In this document: piece after piece, positions 1-12,966 of the stretch
Layout of the letters: every line of letters starts with the position of its first letter
How positions within the stretch are numbered: position 1 is the first letter of the stretch
Assembly (NCBI RefSeq): GCF_009914755.1
Contig: NC_060936.1
Strand: one strand, 5' to 3'
Source of the DNA: the human T2T-CHM13v2.0 reference genome, Homo sapiens
Length of the DNA: 64,000 nt
Notes under the pieces: generated by a model
What the model was told of the DNA's origin: nothing
Databases searched by the model: none
What the model saw: the letters and a program-made list of their open reading frames with translations, nothing else
Position numbers and translations under genes: made by a program

Positions 1-1240
1 TACTTTTATGTAATGTGATTTTGGTGTCCCGTCTAAGAACTCCTTACCTAACCCCAGATCATGAAGATTTTCTTATGTTTTCTTCTAAATGTTTTATAGT
101 TTTACATTTTTAATTGGTATATAATAATTGTACATATTTATGGGGTACATGCAATATTTTAACACGTGCATACAATGTACAAAACTCAACCCAGGGTAAT
201 TAGGATATTCATCATCTCAAACATTTATCAGTTATTTGTGTTGAGAACATCTCAAATCTTCTAGCTATTTTGAAATGTATAATAAATTATTGTTAACTAT
301 AGCCACCCTATTGTCCTGTTGAACACTGGAACTTTTTTCTTCTATCTAACAATATGTTTGTACTCATTAACCAATCTCTGGTTATCCCCCTACCCCCAAT
401 CCCTTCCCAGCCTCTGTTAACCATCATTCGACTCTCTACCTCCATGAGGTAAACTATTTTTTTTAGCTCTCACATATGTCTGAGAACATGCTCTATTATG
501 CATCTAATTTTCAAATTGCCATAATTGTTCCCAAATATCCTTTTTGGGGAAAATGGATTTTATTTAAAATGATCTAAGAAGTAATCAAAAATCACTTACT
601 GCATTTGGCTGTCATATTCTTCTTCAATCTAGAATAACTCCTCCAACTTCTTTTTTTCTTTCATAACATTGATATTTTTGAAGACATGTTCCACAATCTG
701 ATCTTTCCTAGTAGTTTCCTCATAATCATGCAGGTGATGCTGTTTATATTCCATTGTATCACATTAGATTGCATGCATCGGCTATTTGTTTTATTATTGG
801 TGAGGCAAAGTGCAATCGTTTTATTAAGCTGATGTCTGCCAGATCTCTGCATTGTAAATGTCCCTCTCCCCTTTGTAGTGAAAAAGTAATTGGTGCTGTT
901 GGTGATGTAGGAATGAATATCCTGTTCCCCAACAGACTTTCACCCAATGGTCTTACTCCCTCCATTGGTGATCCTTCCTGAATTAATTATTACAGTGGTT
1001 GTACGTGATGATTTTCTAATTGAATTATTCCTTCTAGATTTATTTGGTAACATTCTTTTGTAAACAAGAGCTGTCCCTGCTTTGCCTCTTTTAATTTTTT
1101 GAGTAACACTATGGATCAGATTCCTTTTTTACTAATCTTTTAAAGTCACTTGCCATCATTGTTCTTTGTGATGCTCAAAGTCATAAATTTTGCCAGTGGG
1201 AGGGAGGCCCTTCACACTGGATCCTGTGTTCCTTTGATAT
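1..1240 (-). mobile_element. Degraded old L1 (L1M) fragments, including an L1MA-like 3' end at about 110-490
   Basis: L1 3'-end-like motifs (tacatatttatggggtacatg..., ctctacctccatgag..., tagctctcacatatg..gagaacatg) in antisense. Confidence 0.65.
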
Positions 1241-1245
1241 GTCCC

Positions 1246-1599
1246 TGATTTGGTTTGGCTGTTTCCCCACCCAAATCTCATCTTGGATTCCCACATGTTG
1301 TGGGAGCAACCCGGTTGGAGGTAATTGCATAATGGGGGCAAGTCTTTCCCATGCCGTTCTCATGATAGTGAGTAAGTCTCACAAGATCTGATGGTTTTAT
1401 AAGAGGAGTTCCCCTCCACAAGTTCTCTCTCTGCCTACTGCCATCCATGTGAGATGTGACTTGTTCCTCTTTGCCTTCTGCCATGATTGTGAGGCTTCAT
1501 TAGCCACATGGAACTGTAAGTCCATTAAACCCCTTTTTCTATATAAATTGCTCAGTCTCAGGTATGTCTTTATCAGCAGCATGAAAACAGACTAATACA
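1246..1599 (+). mobile_element. THE1 (ERVL-MaLR) solo LTR
   Basis: Starts TGATTTGGTTTGGCTG...CCCACCCAAATCTCATCTTG, ends ACAGACTAATACA; 5-bp TSD gtccc/gcccc. Confidence 0.9.
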
Positions 1600-1819
1600 G
1601 CCCCCATTATTCTTTGAGATTTTTTTTGCTTTCTGTGCAACAAAATATTCTTGACCTATCTTTTGCTTTCTCTACCCCCAGATCTGGAATAAGCTATTTT
1701 TCCAATGATATTTGGTACCTTTTGCTAGGAAATGGTATTTAGAAACCAAGATCTGTAAGCTAAGAGTGCTCATTGCTATTGAGATGTCAATGGCTCCTTT
1801 TAGTAGATAGAGCTAAGAA

Positions 1820-1821
<2 letters not shown>

Positions 1822-1856
<35 letters not shown>
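1822..1856. repeat. (CA)n microsatellite
   Basis: About 17 perfect AC units. Confidence 0.97.
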
Positions 1857-1859
<3 letters not shown>

Positions 1860-1884
1860 GTATATATATTTAAATCACAAGTTC

Positions 1885-2197
<313 letters not shown>

Positions 2198-2540
2198 ACA
2201 AGTTCTTTTTGATATCTCCAATTCTAACACTAAAAGGTTTCTCCTCACCTTCTCCATTTTTGTATTTTCCTTCTCCCATATTGAGCATTCTGGTTCGTAA
2301 CAACATCAATGTAATTACTCATTTGTTTTATCCTGGCAAATTAACAAATTACTTTCAAAATTATTAAACCAATACCACTATTAAAAACCTACTAAGTAAA
2401 TTAAGGATTTCTTTGCAGTTCATTTTGTCTCTAGAAAATGTCATACATCAGAGAACTGTGTCCAAATTTACTTGAATTCTATTTTTAATTTTTTTTTCAA
2501 TTTGATACATACTTGTGACCCTTTTTTTGTATTTGCATTC

Positions 2541-2857
<317 letters not shown>

Positions 2858-4579
2858 TAAAATTTCCTTTTTTCCCCATCCTTTTATTTTTTTATACTCT
2901 TCATCTTTTTACATTTTATTTTAAACATTTACATAGTTTCAAAAACTACTTCTCCTATGACCTGCTGGGTGTAGAGGGAAGCAAGTAATAATTAAAATAT
3001 CTCTGTGTCATCATGTATAAATTGAAAATTTGATAAAGTTTTTTCTAATACATAAATGAATTACTTAGCATAATAATCTTGAACATGTTTTGGGCTGAAA
3101 ATATTTGGTTCAGAAATATGTTTCAAAATGTAAATAGAATTTTTGTGTCAGGTTTTAAGAAACTAGCCCATGATTCTCACATAGTAACTGTATTATTTCC
3201 TTTAGTGGAGGATTAGAGTTTTTTTTTAAACTCATGGAGTTCCTAATACCTCGTTCTCTAATTGTCATCCATAAATCTTTGAAGACCAAATGAGTTTTGA
3301 TCATAGACCACTTAAAGATATTGATGCAAGACTTGAGTTCAGATGTAAATGGAATTAGTTATTATTTCCTTGCAATATCTCTGGGTTTCCTTGAATTTTT
3401 TCTTGGCTTTATTGAATTGCCATCCTAGCACAGCTGATCACTTTGTTCCCCTACCTTGTCTTTCTTTAGCATGCTGTTGCCAGACTGATGTTCCCTACAT
3501 TAGCATTCTTATTCAATAATGGTTGCCTGTTGATGTCCATGACATAAATATGATGCATCTGTATTTGGCATTCAGAATTTTTTTGCAGTCTCATCCTTCT
3601 TATCTCCAACGATTATAATCAGGAAAGCTTAATTAGCATTTATAATATCCTTGGTATTGAGAGAATGATGCACTATTTTCTGCTCTGCATTGCTATCTCC
3701 ATGCAGATGTTTCCTTACCCTTTGCCACTGCAGATGCCTTCTATTCTTCAATGGTGTATGTTAACATCTTTTCACGAATCAATTACTATCACATGGTGGC
3801 TCATGTGCATTAGCACAAATAATTAAAACTCAGTAAAAGGGGTTTATTGTAAGGTTACTATAGCTACCCTCGCATATCTCCAAGGACCAAAATATTACCA
3901 GGTCTCTTAAGCACCAGACCTGAAAATCAAGAATCAGTGCTACAGTTTCCATCTCCCTGGGCTAGTATAGTTGTATATAGTTGTATCCTTTTTTCCCCTC
4001 ATCCACATTCCTGTCTTTACTGAACCACCATGATGGTCAGTCCCAATTGTATACCAGTATCAACAACTGGCAAGTTCATGTTTTAGTTCAAAATCTTGAG
4101 ACAGGCTCTGATTTCATCAGCCACAGCTGGAAGATAGTGGAGGTCTTCGTGTGTTACCCAGAGCTCTTAAAGGGACCTTGGATGAAACAGTTTTTCTAGA
4201 AGGGGTGTTGAGGACAGAGTTTGACAGCTTATTGGTATTGGTATCAGGACTTGCCATCTGTACTTCTGTGAAAAGGTAAAGTCAACAGAAGTAGGTTGGA
4301 TTCTATCAATCCTCAGGATGACTTTATTCAAGATGAGATAGAAAATCAAATATTTTTATAATTTGGAATTTCTTCTGTCCTGAGGTATACTGTGGCAAAT
4401 AAAAGAGGATTTGATAAAACTGCATTATAGTAGATTTATATGAATTTTTATCTATTAATGAAAAAAATGACATGACAGAGGAAGCAGTAGCTTTATGAAT
4501 AGTTACTCCTTAGTATTTAAAAAATATTTCCTCTCTTGGATACATACTTAATTGTTATGACAGTCGTCTTCTTCTTCAG

Positions 4580-4666
4580 TTTTGCAGACTCCAACTGTTA
4601 GCAAAGATATTTCTACCAAGGGTCCGGAAAAGTTAAAACAATCTGGAAGCACTGATTGTTTTACAG
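4580..4666 (+). CDS. CFAP54: CFAP54 internal coding exon A (..LQTPTVSKDISTKGPEKLKQSGSTDCFT); acceptor uncertain (4564/4580/4588)
   Basis: Open frame ending in donor ACAG|GTAATT (phase 1) that joins in frame to the next exon across an 89-bp intron; three candidate AG acceptors upstream. Confidence 0.75.
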
Positions 4667-4755
4667 GTAATTAAAATTGGGATAACTGGTATTTCCAAAA
4701 AATTTGGAAGATAGTTTTTAATCTCACCTTTTTGGTAAAATGTTTGTTTTTATAG

Positions 4756-4877
4756 AATTAAATATAATGAATAAAATAAAGAAGAATACATTATCCAAAG
4801 CAATTTACTTAATGCAGAAAGCTCTTTTAATATTCGAGAAAGATGCAACTTCTACATCTTCATGGGAACTTTTGATG
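4756..4877 (+). CDS. CFAP54: CFAP54 exon B (ELNIMNKIKKNTLSKAIYLMQKALLIFEKDATSTSSWELLM)
   Basis: tttttatag|AA acceptor, ATG|GTAACA donor; 122 nt, phase 1 to 0, no stops. Confidence 0.88.
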
Positions 4878-5356
4878 GTAACAGTATTTCATTTCTTCTT
4901 TTAATCCTGACATAAAATTTCTGTTAAAATGAATGATTCATTTCCTTTATTAAAAATAATGTGTTGCCCTTAACATTTAATTATGAACTTTCAGATTCAC
5001 TATATATAATTCATCCTGACCAGGGGAACTAATTCGTACCTCCAGTTCTGAATTCTGAAATGAGAGATTCTCTTTTTATCAGAACTTCATGCAATCTACA
5101 TGAGAAGACAAATAAAATCAGAAGGACTCAAAATGAGGGAAATTATAGAATTGGAGTGACACTTTACCAGCTTAATGTATTCTTTACAATGGAATTAAAA
5201 TTCTTAAAGTCCATTGGCTGAGGTACCTTCTCTCTTAGATAGATACTGCTAATTTATGGACCAATCCCCTTGTTGATATTTTTAATCGGGTCTCACTCTG
5301 GCCTGGAAATTCTTCTGCCTTCTTGCTAATTCATTATATGTTGATTTTATGTGTTT

Positions 5357-5535
5357 ATTTTTTGAGACAGGGTCTCACTCTGTCAACTAGGCTGGAATGC
5401 AGTGGCGCAGTCCTAGATCACTGCAGCTTTGAACTCCTGGGTTTAAATGGTCCTACCACCTCAGCCTTCCAGTGGGTGGGACTACAGACATGCCACCATG
5501 CCAGAATATTAAAAAAAATTTTTTTTGGTAGAGTC
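5357..5535 (-). mobile_element. Truncated AluJ-like element (right arm)
   Basis: gagacagggtctcactctgtc...ctgcagctttgaactcctggg; ends just past the central linker. Confidence 0.85.
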
Positions 5536-5934
5536 AGACCCTTAGTATGCTGGCATTGGCTGAGTGAATGATGTATGAAGATGTACAGAATAATGCTATG
5601 TCTTGGCTGATAAGAGAAGGAAAAAAGTAGGTCAAAGCTAGGAGGGGGATATGGAGCTAAAGGGGTTTAATGAGAAAATTTAGCATAATAGTATGCTAAA
5701 AATGAAGTGCCAGAACAAAGAGAAATTGAAGATAATAAGAGGGAAAGGTTAATACACAGAGCCAAGGCCTATAGAGGATGATTTTGAAAGCACAGATAAA
5801 GGGATTCATCTTCAATGATGGGTGGGCTGCAGGGCAGACACCTCATCTTTTGATACAGAAGGGAAGGAGGAACAGACAGATGTAGATAAGAAAAGTTTGT
5901 TGGTGTGAAGGCAGGGAGTTGAGTTGATGCCTTT

Positions 5935-6310
5935 TGATATGCTTTGACTGTGTCCCTACCCAAATCTCATCTTAAATTGTAGTTCCCATAATCCCTATGT
6001 GTTGTGGGAGGGACGAGGTGGAGATAATTGAATCACGGGGGAGGTTTCCTCCATCCTGTTCTCATGAAAGTGAGTTAGTTCTCGCAAGATCTGATAGTTT
6101 AATAAAAGGCTTGCCCCTTCACTGGGCACTCATTCTCTCTCCTGCTGACATGTGAAGAGGATGTGTTTGCTTCCTCTTCTGCCATGATTGTAACTTTCCC
6201 AAGGCCTACCCAGCCATGCAAAACTGTGAGCCTCTTTTAAATCTCTTTTCTTTATAAATTACCCAGTCTCGGGTATGTCTTTATTAGCAGTGTGAGAACA
6301 AACTAATACA
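5935..6310 (+). mobile_element. THE1 (THE1D-like) solo LTR inserted in an L2-like relic
   Basis: TGATATGCTTTGACTGTGTCCC start, AACTAATACA end; TSD ccttt/ccttc. Confidence 0.9.
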
Positions 6311-7961
6311 CCTTCTTACCTCTGTCGGATGCAGTGGGAGGCAAGGATATCTGCCATCAATGGAGCATGAGGGTGGAAAATTGAACTGGGAAAGTAAAGA
6401 TAATGTGGAGAGTGGGGAGGAATGGATGAGGGAGTTGACTCCAAGTAAAGGGACTGGCCAGCATCACTAAGTTCTAGCTGAAGTTGGAGACCAAGAATTT
6501 TTAGACATCTTGATCCGTATGGTGGTATGACATTATCCTGATGTGGTGTTCTTAATGACAGCAGAATATTTGTGACAGCAGACATTTGTGGAGGATTAGA
6601 TTTTTTTTTAAAAAAATGAAGGTATGAGTTAAAAGTTTATGGCTTTAAAAACGTGGATACAGATTGAGTAGGGAGGGAAGGCATGAAGGCATTTAAAGAC
6701 TTGGTGTCTATGGAAATATCAAGAGACTGGACATCTTTATGAGGTCAGGTCAAGGACCAGAAAATGAGGGTCTGAGGGAGCTAGAAGGATAGGTGTTTGA
6801 GGTTAGAAAGTAGAATACTGAAATTCAAGATTCCTGGTATGTAGCACTTACTTGTTATCTGTCAATCTATTCATCCATCTAACAAATAATTTTGATCCAT
6901 TTCGCAATTATGTATTGGAAGTTCACTATGTGCCTGGTAGTATGCTGAGTATAGAAGGGGGGAATCTTTTATTTATTCAACAAATATTGATTGATTTACC
7001 TTCTTTTTGTGGTTCTGCCTTTGTGGTCCCTGGATTTATTCATATAAAAATCCAGTCTGTGGAAACATAGACAAGTAAATATATGCTTTAATTGCAAGAG
7101 GGCTAGGGAAAATTAACAGGGGAGTACCTAACTCAATAGTGGGGAATGTTTAAGGAAACATCCAGGAGAAATCACGTGAAGTTGAGTGCTGAAAGACAGA
7201 TGGCTTGAATTTGAATACTGAAAGAGCCAGAGAAACAGGAGCGCAAACAGTAGAAAGGACATTCCAGGCAGAGAGAACAAATGTGCCAAGGTCCCAAGGC
7301 GAGAAATGTCATAGAGTGCTTGTAGTTCTACAGGTCATTCTGTGAGACAGAAGCTTAGATGCAATAAGGGTAGGAGTCGGGTGGGGGAGAGGATAGTAGC
7401 ACGGGAGACCAGAGAGGAAGTAAAGATGTGTTCATAAGAAGTATTTTTCGCCAAGCTAAGAATTTTGGATGGACAGATGCTATCAATGTTCAAGGTGAGG
7501 AAGTCTGTCCTGGGAGTATTAGGGAAGAGCCTGGTTAAATTTGAATTTCCAGAATTTGAATGAGGAAGTTGGATGGTGGTGTTGGGTGGTCTGAGATCAC
7601 AAGGCCAAGTGGTGTCTGGTCTTTGCTGGAAGACTTCGGGGTTGTGTTCAGATCCATTTTCTCAGCTGATGCTTCCATGGCTGTTTGCTATTGTCTAGTG
7701 CTTGGAGGACATTGGTACTTCAGTCCTATTTTTATGGCAAATAAACCTTATCTTTATTTTAGAAATATTGGTCTTACTACTAATCTTGGGTCTTCTTAGA
7801 GCCTGAAGAGAGGTTTCCTCTTGTTTTATGATGACTGAATCTGGTCTTTGTACTGCCATAGTGTGCTGGTTCCCCTGTATGTGTCTGCCTCCCGCCACTG
7901 AGACCAGGGAACATACCGGGACTGAGATACCTGGATGTCTCAAGTTTCCAGTGTGGGCAGG

Positions 7962-10071
7962 AACATCTTCTTTGGCCACCTCTGCTCCTCAGTGGTAGTT
8001 TTTATCCAAGTGTTAAGGCTTAATGATCAATCCCTAGGGTACTCTCTTAAACAATGATGTTATGGCTCAAACATTTGGACCAGAACAAATGAAGAAGCTC
8101 AGGGGTACTGGAAGTTCTAAGGAATTTTGGCTTTAATATTTCCCAAACTTATGTCTTGATGTCTCCTAAATACCAGTCTATTAACTGTGTTAGCAGTAAT
8201 TGGATTTAATTATTTTTCCTATTTTGTAGCATTTCAAGTCAAATCAGTTCTATTTGCTTTTTTTTTTTTTTAGGGAGGGAAGAATATACACGGACGATTT
8301 TCTTTTTTCAGAGATCTTCTCAGCTCTTTTTTTGTTTTCTTTTTTAAAAAATGTAAAATTTACAAAATTTCTTCTATTTTTTAAAAAGTGAAACTATTTT
8401 AATTCCAGAAAAAATTATGAGTATAATGTCCTATTAGGATAGACTCTTGAGATGCATTAAGAGGCTCTATTTTTTATGAGGAGCCCTCTAAAGAATTTTC
8501 ACCAACGAGGAACATGTCGAATATTTATTTAGAAGTCCTGAAATCTTCTATAGCCATGTCTGCTCCTCAGTGGTGGTTTTTATCTAAATGTTAAGGCTTA
8601 ATGATCAGTCCTCAGGGTACTCTCCTAAACAATGATGTTATGGCTCAAATAATTGCCAAACTTTCTTTCTTTTTTAAAGAAGACAAATACATTTATTTCC
8701 CTTGGCAATCATTCTCAACTGGGGTACGTAACAGAATGTTTTACAATATCATGATCTTGTAACAAAATTATCCCCAAATCAGTAATTGATGTGTCACCTG
8801 ATATCATAAAAAGGTTTGAAAAGCCTGAGTCTCTTTAGAACTCTTAAATAATTCATATCCTGTCTCTGTTTTTCAGAAATTTTCTGACTCTGTGGATCTG
8901 GATAATCTCATCAGGTGTCTGTTTTATTTCTAATCAATTAAGATGGACCAATTTATTCCCACAAATGAGGGACAAACCTTTGATAATAACTCATTAGCTT
9001 CCAAGTGAGATGACTGGCTTTTTTTTTTTTAATTATGGGGATTCATTTTTCCATTTTCTTGTCTTGGTTATTTGACCTCTGGAAGTCCATTTTGGCTGTT
9101 TATATATTATTCCATAGGATTATATTAAAGGATTGCACCTAGGATCCATACTGGATGTCCTTCATCTTCTACTTCTGGTCAAATATAGTATTCATTATGT
9201 GGCTTATGTCATTGCTCTTAGTCCACTAACAGAACATTCAGTGTCTTTGTAGATGTAATTTCTCATAGAAAGAGGCAGAAATGCTCCTCCATCCAAGTGT
9301 TGGCGGTTTTGAGGATGCTGTTGTTTTCTGTACAGCATCCATTTCCCCTTCCAAACTCATCTTTTGAGAATTTCTTTTTCCGTATCAGATGTAATCAGGT
9401 GGGACTGGTCCTCAAGAGGAAAACTAGTGATGCCACCTGGGCCAGTTGACTGCTCCTTCCAGTCTTGAGTAGAGGGATACAAAGACTAAAAGACCTTAGT
9501 TTTGTACACCCTAATGTAGAAAATTATTGCTTAGGAAAATAAGTTTGTCTTCTCTAAGGAAATGTTGGCAATTCATTCATCCTCATAACTGTATTCTGAT
9601 TACACCATTATAACTGTGTTTCGTAGACCCTCCTTCCTCTCTGGGGCTACTTTTGTCCAAGCCAGGTTTTCCAGTTGTTTCTCTTGCAAAGAAACCCAGT
9701 TGTTTCATCTGGTTTTCTTCTAGTACTATTTGTAGGAACCTAAACAAATCTGTAGTTGAGATCATTTCAACAATTCCAAATTCCACTCTAAGCAAAGGAG
9801 CATTATGATTTAGCAGGTTATTGTTTATAATCAACACAGAATCTAATTTATGGTACCATTTTGGACCAGAACTAACGAAGAAATTCAGGGGTATTAGCAG
9901 TTCTAATAACCTCTGGCTTTAATACTTCCTGAATTTATTTCTTGATATCCCCTAAATACCAGTCTATTAACTATATTAGCAGTAGTTGGATTTAATTGTT
10001 TTTCCTATTTTGTAGCATTTCAAGTCAAATCAATTCTATCTGATTTTTTTTTAGGGGGGAAGAATATACAT
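7962..10071 (+). repeat. Local direct duplication: 7981-8071 matches 8559-8649, and 8072-8291 matches 9857-10071
   Basis: Manual alignment: 84/91 identity in the first block, roughly 85% in the second. Confidence 0.9.
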
Positions 10072-10084
10072 AGGCCTTTAAAAA

Positions 10085-10386
10085 TTTATTTTTATTTTTA
10101 TTTATTTATGAGACAGGGTCTTGCTCTGTCAGCCTGGCTGCAGTGCAGTGGTGTGTATGGCTCACTGCAGCCTCGACCTCCTGGGTTCAGCCATTCTCCT
10201 ACCTCAGCCTCCTGAGTAGCTAGAACCACAGGCCCATGCTACCATGCCTGGCTGTTTGTATTTTTTTGTAAAGATGCGGTTTTGTCATGTTGCCCAGCAT
10301 GGTCTCGAAATCCTGGGTTCAAGGGGTCCGCTTTCCTCAGTCTCCCAAAGTGCTGGGACTACAGGCATGAGCCACTGTGCCCAGCC
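10085..10386 (-). mobile_element. AluJ element
   Basis: Antisense Alu with J-type gagacagggtcttgctctg and cactgcagcctcgacctc. Confidence 0.92.
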
Positions 10387-10639
10387 TCAGCTCTTTGTAA
10401 TTGTGTGCTCAAGTCTTTTTTTCTTTTCTTTTTTTTTTTTTTAAATCAATGAGCCAACTTCTAATTCTGACCCCTCCTCTTATGAGGCCATGTTTTGACT
10501 CCCAGGCTTCAAACTGCTAACAGAATATTTAGCATATCTACATTTTGGATTTTTTTTCTCTTTTAAGTGATTTAAGGGTATTGCATAGGAAACTTAATCC
10601 AGGTTGCCTTTCCAAACTTCTTTTAACTTAGTTTATTAA

Positions 10640-10860
10640 GACAAGATAGCATAGTGGTTAGGAGTATAAGGATCTTGGATTAGAGTTCTGGTTCTACCAG
10701 TGATTAGCTGTATGACCTGTCAAGTTATTTATGCTCTCTTAAGATTCAATTTCTTCATCTGTGAAACAGGGATTCTTGGGAAGATTCAAGTAATGATGCA
10801 TATAAAATGCTTAGTGTTCAGAACAGAGTAAGCAGTCAATAAATGTTAGCCATTATTATT
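10640..10860 (+). mobile_element. MIR SINE
   Basis: Core: gctgtatgacctgtcaagttattt...tttcttcatctgtgaaacaggga...aataaatgttagccattatt. Confidence 0.8.
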
Positions 10861-12797
10861 ATGATTACTCTGCTTTTCATTCAGTTTTGTCATATCAGAA
10901 CTATTATTATTTCTCTTTCACTTTAAGCACTCTGAGACATTCTGTTTGAACTACTTTTTGGTGCTTTATATGTATTTTCCTCCATCAGACTACACATTTC
11001 TTTCTGTATTTTCTCTTAGATTTATCTTATTACTTGTATATTTTATTCTAAGCAATATTCCTTCTCAGGATTCTTGGATATGACTTAATCTACTTTTCAT
11101 CTTTTTCTGCAATGTACATTATAATGTTGAGAACCCAGAATATACCTCAGGGAGGTCTACCAGATATGTAGGAAATATGGTACTTTATCATTCCAGTCCT
11201 GTGATAGTTGATTACATATGTCTTAGTCACACCCTCAAGATTCCATTGCATCTTTCCATTAGTGTTTTGCTGCACTGTGGGCATCAAGCCTGTGTCAAAT
11301 GTATTTAACATCAATCTGTCCTCATAAGCATTGAGTAACTTCTGAAGAGAGGCAGGTTTCATTTTCTCTAAGGGAAACTATACGCAGAGAAATTTACATT
11401 CAGACAAAAATACTTTGGACTTCAATACTGTGGTTTTGGTGGCACATTGCAGTGGAAACCACCATTGAAAGAACACCTTAGAGCTTATTTTTATTGTGAG
11501 TTGGTGGGCAAGTCCCTTTCCATCGAGATTCCTTGGCTGAGTCCCCGTGATAGGTAAAGGCTTATTTCTTTTTTCAAAGTTACTGAACCTTTCTAATTTG
11601 CTAGGCACTGTGGTAGATAGTATAAGATGTGAGGATATAGTTATTTTTCATTATTGATACGTCATGGAAAGTCTACTTCTTGACCTGTGATTAGAGAATG
11701 GTTTATCTAGGTTTTGCAATTGTAATAGGTTGGTGTTCTAGAGCACTGCTATTATAGACAACATTCAGGTCCATATTGATAACACTTTCTCATGACTAAG
11801 TAGTATTGGTTTCATGGGAATTTTTCCTTCTTGATTTTTTTTGGGGGATTTTCTGATGTTACTTCCCTTTTTCTAGTTGAAGAACCCCTTTAAAAAGCCC
11901 CAGGCACTTTCTCATAAACAAAATCTTATTAGCAGCTCAATGAATTGGCTGCCTTAAATTAGGATTCTAGTTTTTAACTAGCCTTAGGGTTTGCCCTGAA
12001 TTCTGTTATGGAATTTATCTGATTTACCTAAATCAAGGGCTTTGTTATAAACTTTTCTTTTGTCACCATTCACTTAAAACTTTAATACTTCTGTTAACCT
12101 ATTTCAAATTGGGCCATGGGATCTGAGTTAGGGGTCTAAAGTTAAAATTGATCAAGAGCCAATCAGAACATTTTAAATATGCCATCTTAAAAGACACTGT
12201 AATAAAGATTACCCTTTTCTTTCATAATTTTGTGTGTCTTATATTCCAAACACATTGACTGAACTTAAAGAGATAAACAAAGCACTGTCCTTCCTGCCAA
12301 GACCAGTGTTTAGAGGGTGTGGACAGGCAAGTACAGAGGTAACATATTATGTAATACCTGCTAAAATAAAGATACTATGTAATGAAGGAAATGGCTTATT
12401 TAAATACATGGGCTATCTTGGAAGATGTCAGAGGAGGTGATATTTGTGTGGATCTTAAAGCAGAGAAGAGGACGTGAGATGCTCCAGAAAGAATGAAATG
12501 CGTGGGCAATTCTGAGGCGTGAAATAACAGCATTTTAGGGAATGAGTGATTTTTTTTTTTTATGGTTTCAGAGGTTAGGTTGAACAGAGAGGTAGGTATG
12601 AGAGAGGGAAAGAGTAGAAAGGGGGATAAGGCTAGAAAATGTAGTCATGATCAGAATGAAAAGGGCTTTGGAAAAGTTTGCACTTTATCTGGCAAGTATT
12701 AGAGGAGGCATTGAAGGACTAGAAGACTGGAGGTTGAAGAGACTAGAAAGAGACTGGGAGAAAGGCAGGAGGGAAAAGGAGATTTACTCACCTGAAT

Positions 12798-12966
12798 CTG
12801 TGGTTCCCAGTTCTTGCTGTACTTTGGAATTATCCTTGGTGTTTGTAAATAATACAGATGTTCAAGCTCCACTCCTGGAGATTTCTATTTTGGGGTAGAA
12901 ATGGAGCCTTCTGATTTTTAAATAAACTCCATAGATGATACTGATCAACAGCCCAGTTGAGAAATG
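12798..12966. mobile_element. MER5-like hAT-Charlie DNA transposon remnant
   Basis: gtggttccca...aatacagatg...tgatactgat...agttgagaaat, with degenerate TIRs. Confidence 0.6.

Noticed and set aside
4667-4755. 89-bp intron as a possible U12 or otherwise special intron
   Set aside because: Standard GTAATT...TAG U2 signals; short but within the normal minimal-intron range
7962-10071. Spaced direct repeats as a CRISPR-like array
   Set aside because: Only two long degenerate copies, no regular repeat-spacer period, and the context is mammalian
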